DNA from: Chthoniobacteraceae bacterium
GTDB taxonomy: Bacteria > Verrucomicrobiota > Verrucomicrobiia > Chthoniobacterales > Chthoniobacteraceae
Length of the DNA: 34,271 nt
Direction of reading: 5' to 3'
NCBI GenBank assembly: GCA_031409655.1
Contig: JANNXQ010000018.1
Span: 1-34,271, forward strand
Positions 17,771 through 26,477 of the stretch are shown here, piece by piece. How positions within the stretch are numbered: position 1 is the first letter of the stretch; each line of letters opens with the position of its first letter. The translations under genes were made by a program, and so were the position numbers. The notes below the pieces were generated by a model, which was given only the letters and a program-made list of their open reading frames with translations, made no database searches and was not told the DNA's origin.

Positions 17771-18268
17771 CTATTGGATCGGCTCGTCTCTCCGGGACGC
17801 GTGCTTGGCCAGAGAATCGAAGGCGGGCGTGGAAACGATCTCGGCCGTCTGCGTGTCCCCGTGGCTGACGATGATCTTGTACTCCAGCTTGTCCTTGCGC
17901 TGATAAGACGCATCGCGCCAACCCGTAATTTGCGCCGAGCCGACGAGCAACTCACCGACCGCCGCGATCTTGAGTGGGGGTAGTTTTTCAGTCCCAGAAT
18001 AAAGCGTGGAACCACCCGACGCGCCGAGCACCAGGATGCTCCACGTGACGGTTCCTTCGGGCTTCGGCTTGGTGGAGACATTCTTGGCGATGATCTGGAG
18101 GGCCATCATCCGATTGATGGCGCGATCGGTGAAATAGGCCGCGTAGCGGGCGTCGTTTCGAGAGATCGTCTTCGGCGCGACGGTGACTTGCAATCCGTTC
18201 TGGGTCTCCACCGCCGGAGCCACCGGGGCAAGCGCGAGGAGCAGGAGCAGCGCAATAACATTCTTCAT
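17771..18268 (-). CDS. Hypothetical exported protein
   Basis: Clear signal peptide MKNVIALLLLLALAPVAPA; no family recognised. Confidence 0.7.
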   Translation of the reverse strand: MKNVIALLLLLALAPVAPAVETQNGLQVTVAPKTISRNDARYAAYFTDRAINRMMALQIIAKNVSTKPKPEGTVTWSILVLGASGGSTLYSGTEKLPPLKIAAVGELLVGSAQITGWRDASYQRKDKLEYKIIVSHGDTQTAEIVSTPAFDSLAKHASRRDEPIQ

Positions 18269-18375
18269 GGCCCGGAGAAGCTATCGGGCGGGAGAGACGC
18301 CGGGCAAGGCAAAGAAGGAAGGCCCGGGCCACCTTCGTCCTTCCGCATTCCGGCGGCGCGCTTAGCTTGCACGCG

Positions 18376-19065
18376 ATGTCTCAAACTCCTGTCCCGACCA
18401 CGATCCGCCTCCACCGGGTGACCCGGCACTACAGCGCCACGGTGTCGGCGCTCGCAGACGTTTCGCTCGAGATCGCGGAGAATGAATTCGTGGCGATCAC
18501 CGGACCGAGCGGCTGCGGAAAGAGCACGCTGCTCCATTTGATCGGCGGTCTCGATTCGCCGACCAGCGGCGAGGTCACCGTCGCGGGCCTGGCGCTGCAT
18601 CGCGCCACGGAGGCGGAACTCACGGACTTCCGCCGCCGTCGCCTCGGCATTGTCTTTCAGTTCTTCCATCTGCTCCCGACGATGACGGTGGCGGAGAATG
18701 TCTGCCTCCCCCTGCTCCTCGCGGGCGAAAATTTACGCAAAGCACAGGACCGCGCCGCGGCGATGCTCGAACTCGTGGGCCTCACCGACCGCGCCGCGCA
18801 TTTCACTCACCAGCTCAGCGGCGGCCAGATGCAGCGGGCGGCAATCGCGCGGGCGCTGATCCACGAACCGCCCGTTTTGCTCGCCGACGAACCGACCGGC
18901 AACCTTGATTCCGGCAGCGCGGAACAGGTGCTCGCGCTGCTGCAAAAGATTTCTTCTCAGCGCCGGACCACGATGGTAGTCGTGACTCACAGCGAAGAGG
19001 TCGCGCGCCTCGCCACCCGGCGAATCCGCCTGCGCGACGGCCAAATCGTCCCACCCAACCCATGA
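18376..19065 (+). CDS. ABC transporter ATP-binding protein (LolD/MacB-like)
   Basis: Walker [11 protein letters not shown]-loop [16 protein letters not shown], Walker [12 protein letters not shown] and VVTHS. Confidence 0.93.
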   Translation: MSQTPVPTTIRLHRVTRHYSATVSALADVSLEIAENEFVAITGPSGCGKSTLLHLIGGLDSPTSGEVTVAGLALHRATEAELTDFRRRRLGIVFQFFHLLPTMTVAENVCLPLLLAGENLRKAQDRAAAMLELVGLTDRAAHFTHQLSGGQMQRAAIARALIHEPPVLLADEPTGNLDSGSAEQVLALLQKISSQRRTTMVVVTHSEEVARLATRRIRLRDGQIVPPNP

Positions 19066-19541
19066 GCATCACCGCCGAGACGAGGGACATCCTCAAGGAA
19101 AAGCCGTTGTTCGAGGATTTCACTCCGGAAGAGTTGGATCAATTCCTCGAACTCACGGACCCCGTGGTGGCCAAGCCGGGCGACGTCATCGTGAAACAGG
19201 ACGATCTCGGCGACTGCATGTACATCATGGTGAAAGGAAAGGCCCGCGTGGTACATCACAAGGACGGCCACTACATCGAGCTGGCGACGCTGCGGCCCGG
19301 CGACTTTTTCGGCGAGATCGCGCTGGTCGATGAAGGCCCGCGCTCCGCGGATGTGCAGGCGCTCGAGGAGTGTGTGCTTTTGAAAATCACCCAGGCGGTG
19401 ATCAGCGCGGTGGCGGGCGTCTATCCCACGGCGGCTTTCAAATTCCTGATCGCGATCGGGCGGATCATGGTGGAGCGCCTGCGTCGGAGCACGCAGCGGT
19501 ATGTGGATTCGCTGCTCTTTCCGGTCGCGGGGAAGGACTGA
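19062..19541 (+). CDS. Stand-alone cyclic-nucleotide-binding domain protein
   Basis: PLFEDF, GDVIVKQDDLGDCMYIM..G and phosphate-binding cassette FFGEIAL....PRSADV. No HTH. ATGA overlap with the ABC ATPase gene. Confidence 0.88.
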   Translation: MSITAETRDILKEKPLFEDFTPEELDQFLELTDPVVAKPGDVIVKQDDLGDCMYIMVKGKARVVHHKDGHYIELATLRPGDFFGEIALVDEGPRSADVQALEECVLLKITQAVISAVAGVYPTAAFKFLIAIGRIMVERLRRSTQRYVDSLLFPVAGKD

Positions 19542-19592
19542 CCGAGGACGTGGGAGCGGGGTGCCCCAGCTCCTTGAGTCATCCCGAAAGGC

Positions 19593-19621
19593 TTGTCGCA
19601 CCCGCCCCGGTCGCGCATAAA
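19593..19621 (+). promoter_or_regulatory. Putative sigma70 promoter for lpxC-fabZ/lpxA
   Basis: TTGTCG-N17-CATAAA, ending 19 bp before the ATG at 19641. Confidence 0.3.
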
Positions 19622-19640
19622 GCGCCCTCTTTTTTCGCCC

Positions 19641-20951
19641 ATGACCGCAAATCAGCACACCCTCTCCAAGCCCGGCAGCCTCAGCGGTTCATCATTGCAC
19701 ACGGGCGAGAAAGTCACCCTCACGGTGCGTCCGGCGCCGCCAGGACATGGCTGGAAATTCAAGCGGATCGATCTTCCCGACGAGCCGACCATCGACGCGC
19801 GGATCGACCATGTGAAGACCGTCGAGCGGGCCACGACCATCGCGGAAGGCAACGCCAAAGTGCATACCGTCGAGCATGTACTCTCCGCGCTCGCCGGCCT
19901 CGGCGTGGACAATGCCTTGATCGAAATGGACTCGAACGAACCGCCGATCTGCGACGGCAGCGCGCGCCCTTTCGTGGAGTTGATCCGCAAAGCGGGGATC
20001 GAGGAGCAGCCGGTCCCGCGTTCCGTCTTCGAAATCACGGAACCCATCCACATTGAAACCAAAAGCGGCTCGCTGATGACGGTCGTGCCGGATCACGCCT
20101 TCCGGATTTCCTGCACGCAGATCGGCCCCGATGGCCGTTTCACCCAGTTTTACTCCACCGAGATCACGCCCGAGATCTACGAAAAAGAGATCGCCCCGGC
20201 GCGGACCTTCGTTTTCTACGAAGACGTGAAGCCCCTGATGGATAAGGGGCTCATCAAAGGTGGCAGCCTCGAAAATGCCGTGGTCGTGCGCGGGGATGCG
20301 GTCCTTTCCAAGGAGCCGCTGCGCTTCAAGGACGAGTTCGTGCGGCACAAGATCATCGACATCGTCGGCGACCTCGCGCTCCTCGGGCGCTCGATCCGCG
20401 GCCACGTCATCGTCGTGCGTCCCGGCCACGGGCCCAACGCCGAACTCTGCCGGGCCATCGCCAAGCAGCATGCCAAGGCCATGGCCCTCGTGCCGCCGTC
20501 CGTCACTCCGAAAGGCGGCGACATCCTCGACGTGAACGATGTGATGAAGCTGCTCCCGCATCGCTATCCCTTCCTGATGGTCGATCGCATCGTCGCCATC
20601 GAAGGCGACAACAAATGCACCGGGATAAAGTCGGTGACGATCAACGAGTATTTTTTCCAAGGCCACTTCCCTGGCCACCCCATCATGCCGGGCGTGCTCC
20701 AGCTCGAGGCCATGGCGCAGGTCGGCAGCATTCTGCTTCTGCGGATGCCAGGATACGCCGGCAAGATCGGCTACTTTATGAGCGCGGATGCGGTGAAATT
20801 CCGCAAACCCGTCGGACCCGGAGACACGCTTTTCATCGAGGTGGAAATGACGCAGCGCAAGAAGGCCGTCGTCAAAGCGCGGGGTCGTTGCATCGTCAAT
20901 GGCGAGGTCGTCTCCGAAGCGGAGATGCTCTTCGGGGTCGTCGATACGTGA
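19641..20951 (+). CDS. lpxC/fabZ: Bifunctional UDP-3-O-acyl-GlcNAc deacetylase / 3-hydroxyacyl-ACP dehydratase
   Basis: LpxC motifs QHTL...G..LHTG, TVEHVLSAL, EIAPARTF and HKIIDIVGDL; FabZ motifs LPHRYPFLMVD and FQGHFPGHPIMPGVLQLEAMAQ. Confidence 0.97.
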   Translation: MTANQHTLSKPGSLSGSSLHTGEKVTLTVRPAPPGHGWKFKRIDLPDEPTIDARIDHVKTVERATTIAEGNAKVHTVEHVLSALAGLGVDNALIEMDSNEPPICDGSARPFVELIRKAGIEEQPVPRSVFEITEPIHIETKSGSLMTVVPDHAFRISCTQIGPDGRFTQFYSTEITPEIYEKEIAPARTFVFYEDVKPLMDKGLIKGGSLENAVVVRGDAVLSKEPLRFKDEFVRHKIIDIVGDLALLGRSIRGHVIVVRPGHGPNAELCRAIAKQHAKAMALVPPSVTPKGGDILDVNDVMKLLPHRYPFLMVDRIVAIEGDNKCTGIKSVTINEYFFQGHFPGHPIMPGVLQLEAMAQVGSILLLRMPGYAGKIGYFMSADAVKFRKPVGPGDTLFIEVEMTQRKKAVVKARGRCIVNGEVVSEAEMLFGVVDT

Positions 20952-20964
20952 TCCGCATCACCCC

Positions 20965-21741
20965 ATGAGTTCGCGCATTCACCCCACGGCGGTGATCGAT
21001 CCGACCGCGGAGATCGGCGAGGATTGTGAAGTCGGTCCATACTGCGTCATCGGCGCAAACGTCCGCCTCGGCGCGGGCTGCTGGCTGCAACACCACGTGA
21101 GCGTCACCGGCCCATCCGTCTTTGGCTGCCGCAATAAGATCTACGCCTTTGCCTCGCTCGGGCAGCAGACCCAGGACCTGAAGTATTCCACTGAGCCCAC
21201 CCATCTCGAGGTCGGCGACGACAATGTCTTCCGCGAATTCACCACGGTGCATCGCGGCACCGATCCCGGCTCCGCGACCCGCATCGGCAGCGGGGGAAAC
21301 TTCCTCGCCTACACGCACGTCGCCCACGACTGCATCGTCGGAGATCGCGTGATCTTTTCCAATAACGGCACCCTCGCGGGTCACGTGGAGGTTGGCGATT
21401 ACGCGGTCATCGGCGGACTTACGGCCGTGCATCAGTTCTGTCGCATCGGCCCCCATGCGCTGACCGGCGGTTGCTCGAAGATCGTGCAGGACGTGCCGCC
21501 CTTTATGATCGCCGACGGCAATCCCGCGAAAGTGCGCAGCTACAACAAAGTCGGGCTCGAGCGCCATGGTTTCGACGAAGCCGCGCAACGCAACGTGAAG
21601 GATGCCTACCGCATCATCTACCGCTCGGCCCTCAATCTTCAGCAGGCCGTGGAGCAGTTGCGGAGCGATCTCCCCGATGTTCCCGAAGTACAACAGATCA
21701 TCGCCTTCGTCACGAGCAGCCCTCGTGGGATCATCAAGTAG
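20965..21741 (+). CDS. lpxA: UDP-N-acetylglucosamine O-acyltransferase
   Basis: IHPTAVID hexapeptide repeats, QDLKY, REFTTVHRGT, HVAHDC, VHQFCRIG, QDVPPF and N.VGLERHGF. Confidence 0.97.
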   Translation: MSSRIHPTAVIDPTAEIGEDCEVGPYCVIGANVRLGAGCWLQHHVSVTGPSVFGCRNKIYAFASLGQQTQDLKYSTEPTHLEVGDDNVFREFTTVHRGTDPGSATRIGSGGNFLAYTHVAHDCIVGDRVIFSNNGTLAGHVEVGDYAVIGGLTAVHQFCRIGPHALTGGCSKIVQDVPPFMIADGNPAKVRSYNKVGLERHGFDEAAQRNVKDAYRIIYRSALNLQQAVEQLRSDLPDVPEVQQIIAFVTSSPRGIIK

Positions 21742-21828
21742 GGATGCGCAGATCCCTCTACTGAGCCCGGCCTCCGCTTCACGCCGCGGCGCTTGAATCC
21801 ACTGCTCCAGCCCGCTACGGGTAACCCC

Positions 21829-22434
21829 ATGTCCGGTCGCATCACAGTCCTTCCAGACGATCGGCTCGTGGCCCAACAGGGCGCGGTCCAGCAAAGTTTT
21901 CGCCTGGCGGCAGCGCGCATCTGCGAGGGCGGATTCGATGACTTTTTCGATTCGACGATGCGGGACTTCTTCTGCGGATGTCTCGCCGCGCGCGGCGCCC
22001 ATGAGGGCACGGTGTGGTTGATCAATGCGCCTGGTACCGCGCTCATCCCACGCTTTAATAACGGCCCCAATGCGCAGGGCTTCGTCGATATCTTTGAGCA
22101 AAGCCTGAGCGCGGGCATGATCAGCGCGGTCGTCGCCACGGAACAGCCGATGTGCGAAAACGCCGTGCAATGGAACCGCGCGCGCGATCCGCGTCTGGAT
22201 CAGAAACTGGGCGTCTGCACCTGCGCCATGCTCGCCGTACCTTTCTACTTTGCCGGGGAAATCCGCGGCGTGATCTCCGCCGTGCAACTCGCAAGCGCCG
22301 ACTCCACCGAGCCCGAGCCTCCGGGATTCTCCCCTGAAGCCATGGCCGCGCTGCAGGTCAATGCGGCGGTCCTCGGCCGACTCCTCGAACGCAAACTCCT
22401 CGGCGCCGTGCTCGGCCTGGAGGAATCCTCGTGA
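21829..22434 (+). CDS. Stand-alone GAF domain protein
   Basis: AHEGTVWL, Q.LSAGMISAVVATEQPMCEN, DPR.D...G......LAVPFYFAGEIRGVISAVQ and GFSPE....L. No output domain. Alternative TTG start at 21793. Confidence 0.8.
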   Translation: MSGRITVLPDDRLVAQQGAVQQSFRLAAARICEGGFDDFFDSTMRDFFCGCLAARGAHEGTVWLINAPGTALIPRFNNGPNAQGFVDIFEQSLSAGMISAVVATEQPMCENAVQWNRARDPRLDQKLGVCTCAMLAVPFYFAGEIRGVISAVQLASADSTEPEPPGFSPEAMAALQVNAAVLGRLLERKLLGAVLGLEESS

Positions 22435-23216
22435 GTCCTTGGGTGGACCCGGCGCAGGCGTCGGACGCCATCCAGCGCGGTCAGGGAAAGGGAGTGAAAA
22501 TTGCGATTCTGGATTCCGGCATCGAAGCCTCGCATCCCGCGCTGGCCGCCATGGAACTCGCCGACGATTCCGCGATCGTCGAAGAAGGCCGCCAGCTCTG
22601 CACCATCCCGGGCGGCGGGCTCGATGTCTTTGGCCACGGCACCGCGGTCGCCGGGATCATCCACTCCCGCGCACCACTGGCCACGATCGGCAGCTTCCGC
22701 GTGCTCAGCGGCTCGCTGCGCTCCCGCACCGCGATCATCATGGAAGGCGCCCGCGCCGCCATCGAAGGCGGCTATCAGATCATCAACTGCAGCCTCGGTT
22801 CCGGGGTGCGGGAACACTGGGACAAATTTAAGTACTGGGTGGATGAGGCCTACCTGCGCGGCGTCCACATCGTCGCCGCGTGCAATAATCAGGATGCCTC
22901 GCGGCCCGAGTGGCCCGCGCATTTCACCTCCGTCATCGCCGTGAATATGGCGCGGCACGCCAGCCCGACTGACCTCTTCTATCGCCCCGGTTCGCTCGTC
23001 GAGTTCGCCGCCCACGGAGTCGATGTCGAGGTCGCGTGGTCCGGCGGCATGTATCGGCAGATGTCCGGGAGTAGTTTTGCCGCGCCGCACGTCACCGCGA
23101 TGCTCGCCCGCCTGCTTTCAGAAATCCCAGACCTCACACCCTTGCAGGCCAAGCTACTTTTACAAAAAGTCGCGCAGCCCTGCGGCCCGGGGGTCCGAGC
23201 CTCCAACGACCGCTAA
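22431..23216 (+). CDS. S8 (subtilisin-like) serine peptidase with no signal peptide or propeptide
   Basis: Catalytic triad ILDSG, HGTAVAGII and SGSSFAAPHV; oxyanion-hole region VAACNN. GTGA overlap with the GAF gene. Confidence 0.9.
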   Translation: MSPWVDPAQASDAIQRGQGKGVKIAILDSGIEASHPALAAMELADDSAIVEEGRQLCTIPGGGLDVFGHGTAVAGIIHSRAPLATIGSFRVLSGSLRSRTAIIMEGARAAIEGGYQIINCSLGSGVREHWDKFKYWVDEAYLRGVHIVAACNNQDASRPEWPAHFTSVIAVNMARHASPTDLFYRPGSLVEFAAHGVDVEVAWSGGMYRQMSGSSFAAPHVTAMLARLLSEIPDLTPLQAKLLLQKVAQPCGPGVRASNDR

Positions 23217-23461
23217 CCCGCGGCTTCCGTCTCCGGCGCGTTCCGGAGATCCTTCACCCGATGCGCCAGCACCCGCAGGTATTGCGGTTCCTCGCGCAGG
23301 AGATTGCAAATTTCGACCCGAACCTCGGGCGTGCATTCACCTCGGGCAAAATGTTCGAGCTTCTTCGCGAGTTCTGGCTCGGGTGTCGGCAGCGCATGAC
23401 CTTCCACCTCGGGAAAACAGCGCTCCAGGAAGTCACCAATGATTGAAAATTCGGAGTCCAT
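23213..23461 (-). CDS. Small hypothetical protein (82 aa) with an anti-sigma-domain-like helical pattern
   Basis: LEHFARGECTPEVRVEICNLLREEPQYLRVLA matches the L..(Y/F)..GE...E.R......L...P.....L pattern of N-terminal anti-sigma domains. Its stop codon overlaps the S8 stop codon (23213-23216). Confidence 0.6.
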   Translation of the reverse strand: MDSEFSIIGDFLERCFPEVEGHALPTPEPELAKKLEHFARGECTPEVRVEICNLLREEPQYLRVLAHRVKDLRNAPETEAAG

Positions 23462-23485
23462 GTCAGTGAGTAAACGCACGAATCA

Positions 23486-23499
23486 CAGGAAGTTTCCTG
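23486..23499. promoter_or_regulatory. Palindromic operator-like site in an AT-rich divergent intergenic region
   Basis: CAGGAA-GT-TTCCTG, 24 bp upstream of the small gene's ATG. GGAAAAATT direct repeats at 23503 and 23531. Confidence 0.3.
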
Positions 23500-23809
23500 A
23501 AAGGAAAAATTCTTATGTCGGAAAGAGTTTGGAAAAATTGCTGCTGGGAGGAAAGAAATCATTTGTCGCCCGTTGAATGATTGGAGGCTGAGATGGTGCG
23601 AACCGCCAAGGCTTCCGACAGATAGGTGTTAACGGGTTTGAGTTTGGGTGTCGGAGAGCGGCGGTGGCACGCGCGGCAGTTGGGAGGCGGCACGCGGGGC
23701 ACGGAGGTCCGGGGAGGTTGACGCCTATCTGTCGCGGCGGTGGTCGTCGCCGCGCGCGCGTCGGCACTTTAGGATTGAAGCGCATCGCCGCGTCCTATCG
23801 ACTCGGAGC

Positions 23810-24460
23810 GTGAATGACCCCATTCTCCACGTCGCGGATTTCCAGTTCGTCCAGCGTTGTCTCGAGGGCGACGAGGCGGCCGTGTCCACCTTGGTCCATG
23901 ACTACCGCGCCCCGACGGTTGGGTTTCTGGTCAACCGAGGAGCCCCGGTCACGACGGCGGAATACCTCGTGGATGGAGTCTGGTCGGAATGCCTGCAGCG
24001 CGATAATGGCCGCCCCGGTCGGCTCCAAAGCTACAATGGAAAGTGCAGCCTTCAGACCTTTCTCAACACGATCGTCTTTAACAAATACCTCACCGGCATC
24101 CGGCCGAAACCCTCGGAACCCCCAGACCCAGGCCCGACGCTGCCCGAAGAATCCGACAACGCCCTCGTGAACCTTCTCTCTCAGGCCCTGATCAAAGCTT
24201 TCAGCGAATGCTCCGCCGAGCACTACGTCATCCTGCAACTCCTGTATATCGACCGCCTCAAGAGCTTCGAACTGGCGCGGATGTTTGGCTGCGGCGAACC
24301 GTGGATGAGCAGGACCGTGAAGAAGGCCAAGCAAGAGATGCGGGATGCCGTAGAACGAAATGTAAAAGCGCGCGACCCCTGGATCGATCTCAAATGGGAA
24401 GACTTCGTCGAACTTTGCAGCGCCGCGTCTCCCCTCAATCTCGGCCTCGAAGAAACGTGA
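23810..24460 (+). CDS. ECF-type sigma-70 family RNA polymerase sigma factor
   Basis: D..FVQRCLEGDEAA..TLV..Y, region 2 SYNGKCSLQTFLNTIVFN and region 4 AFSECSAEHYVILQLLYIDRLKSFELARMFG....SR...AK. GTG start at 23810 is inferred. Confidence 0.8.
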   Translation: MNDPILHVADFQFVQRCLEGDEAAVSTLVHDYRAPTVGFLVNRGAPVTTAEYLVDGVWSECLQRDNGRPGRLQSYNGKCSLQTFLNTIVFNKYLTGIRPKPSEPPDPGPTLPEESDNALVNLLSQALIKAFSECSAEHYVILQLLYIDRLKSFELARMFGCGEPWMSRTVKKAKQEMRDAVERNVKARDPWIDLKWEDFVELCSAASPLNLGLEET

Positions 24461-24495
24461 CCCACCGCCTTCGCTGAAGGACCGACCCTTGGTCG

Positions 24496-25551
24496 CTAAG
24501 GCTTGGCGGACGCGAGAACTCGGGCAGCGGAGGCAGGCTGATCCGCGGGCGTCGCACTCAGGCGAGCCTGGATGGAGCGGGTGAGTTCCCGGGCAATCGG
24601 GCGCTGGCTGCGGTCGAAGAGGAAGACGTACTTTGGCTTCCGCTCGAGACTGTAGAGGACCACGTTTTCGCTCATGAATTTGGATTCGTGGGCCACTTTG
24701 TAAGTCGCGAGATCGAGCGTGGAGGAGACGGAGCGCCAGCGGCGTTGAGCGAGGAAGCGCAGGGTGCGGGGTTCATCGACCGTGGCGACGAGGTGGCCAA
24801 AGACGTTACCGGGAATTTCCTTCGTGCCGACACTGCAGCACGGCACCGCCCAGGCGATTTTTTCGACCGAGAGATCCCCTTTCGCACCGAGGATCTCGAG
24901 TTCGTGCGGAAGGTTCGTCGGTAAAGCGGCGTCCACGGCATCGGCGGACGGGGCGAAAATCTTCCGCCAGAGCAGCCAGGCGTTCACTTTCAAGGCGCGG
25001 AAGAGTCTCGGACCGAAGTAGGCGATGCAAAGCAGCGCGGCGGAGAAGATGACGAGAGCGAGGACTGGGTCGTTCTTGATGAGGACGAGGCCGCCGAGGA
25101 CCACGACGTCCTCGGTGACGCTGAGGGCAATATTCGAGAAGGGTTCGGGCGAGTGATTGGCGACGAGGCGGGTGCCCGCCTTCACGCTGTGGACCATGAG
25201 CGAGGCGCCGCCAGCGAGGAGCGCGGCGAGGATGTCGAAGACGGGATCCGGAGTACCGAGAACGCGGATGGCGAGGAAGGCGCCACCGATGGGCCGGATG
25301 ACGGTGTGGACGGTGTCCCAGAGCGAATCGACCCACGGCACTTTATCCGCGAAGAATTGCATCACGAAGAGGATGCCGGAGACGGCGACGATGACCGGGT
25401 GCCCGAGGATCTCGAGTTGCGGATACGTTTGGCTGACGTCGATCCAGCCCTGGCTGCTCGAGAGCCCCGTGGCGAAGACCGTGAGGTAGAGGTTGAGACC
25501 GGCGAGGGAGGCGAGCCCCAGCGCCACACCGAGGGTTTGGAGGGTTTCCAT
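24496..25551 (-). CDS. DUF4126-family membrane protein with a C-terminal soluble extension
   Basis: GLASLAGLNLYL, FFADKVPWVDSLWD.VHTVIRPIGGA and SPEPFSNIALSVTED. Confidence 0.85.
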   Translation of the reverse strand: METLQTLGVALGLASLAGLNLYLTVFATGLSSSQGWIDVSQTYPQLEILGHPVIVAVSGILFVMQFFADKVPWVDSLWDTVHTVIRPIGGAFLAIRVLGTPDPVFDILAALLAGGASLMVHSVKAGTRLVANHSPEPFSNIALSVTEDVVVLGGLVLIKNDPVLALVIFSAALLCIAYFGPRLFRALKVNAWLLWRKIFAPSADAVDAALPTNLPHELEILGAKGDLSVEKIAWAVPCCSVGTKEIPGNVFGHLVATVDEPRTLRFLAQRRWRSVSSTLDLATYKVAHESKFMSENVVLYSLERKPKYVFLFDRSQRPIARELTRSIQARLSATPADQPASAARVLASAKP

Positions 25552-25579
25552 GAACGGACTATCCGCACGCAGTCCCTAT

Positions 25580-26410
25580 TTACAAATGGAAACTCGAGGC
25601 GCCTTCGACCACTTCTTCGGTGACGGTATTGCTGATTTTGCCGATGCCTTCGATCGAGACGGTGACGAAGTCGCCGGGCGCCAGCCAGCGCTGCGGCGTG
25701 CGGGCCATGCCCACGCCGTGCGGGGTGCCGGTGAGGATGACGGTGCCGGGCAGCAGCGTTGTGGAGGCGCTGAGAAATTCGACGATCGTCGGCACGTCGA
25801 AGATCATGTCGTCGGTGTGCCAGTCCTGCAGGACGATGCCGTTGACGATCGTGGAAATCTGGAGCGAATTCGGCCGCTTCATTTCGTCGGGTGTGACGAT
25901 GCAGGGGCCGAGTGGGCAGAAGGTGTCGAAGGATTTACCTTTGCACCACTGGCCTCCCCCGCCCTCTTTTTGCCAATCGCGCGCGCTCACGTCATTGGCG
26001 GCGGTGTAGCCGAGGATGTATTCGGTGGCCTTGGCGCGCGGGACGTTCTTGGCCCGCTTGCCGATCACGATGGCGAGTTCGCACTCGTAATCGACCTGGC
26101 TGCTCGGGAGCCAGCGCGGGATCTCGATGACGCCGTCTGGATCCTGAACGCTGGCGGGGTTTTTGCAAAAGACGACGGGGAACTGCGGCAAGGGCGCATT
26201 GGTCTCGGCGGCGTGTTTGCGGTAGTTCAGGCCGATGCAGAAGATGGCGCGTGGCAGGAGGGGCGCGAGGATGCGGGCGACAGGCGCGGGTTCTCCGGTG
26301 AGTTCCGGCGCTTCGAAGATGGAACCCTTGAGCTTCGTGGCTGTCCCGTCGGGATGAAAGGCGGCGTAGCCGGTGCCACCGGTCGGGGATTCGTAGCGGA
26401 TGATTTTCAT
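25580..26410 (-). CDS. Fumarylacetoacetate hydrolase family protein
   Basis: CIGLNY..HA.E, DYECELAIVIGK, NDVSARDWQ, KGKSFDTFCPLGP and GTVILTGTP.GVG. Start at the ATG at 26410. Confidence 0.93.
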   Translation of the reverse strand: MKIIRYESPTGGTGYAAFHPDGTATKLKGSIFEAPELTGEPAPVARILAPLLPRAIFCIGLNYRKHAAETNAPLPQFPVVFCKNPASVQDPDGVIEIPRWLPSSQVDYECELAIVIGKRAKNVPRAKATEYILGYTAANDVSARDWQKEGGGGQWCKGKSFDTFCPLGPCIVTPDEMKRPNSLQISTIVNGIVLQDWHTDDMIFDVPTIVEFLSASTTLLPGTVILTGTPHGVGMARTPQRWLAPGDFVTVSIEGIGKISNTVTEEVVEGASSFHL

Positions 26411-26477
26411 GGAGCGGCGCGCACTCTGCGATGAGGCGGGCGCGGATGGGGAGAGAAAATTTTGCGGAGGCCGAATG

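Noticed and set aside
19641..20951. LpxC-FabZ fusion as a novelty
   Set aside because: This bifunctional fusion is already well known in several phyla.
21740..21757. Hairpin AGGGAT-N6-ATCCCT after lpxA as an intrinsic terminator
   Set aside because: The stem is short and has no U-tract, so read-through into the GAF gene cannot be excluded.
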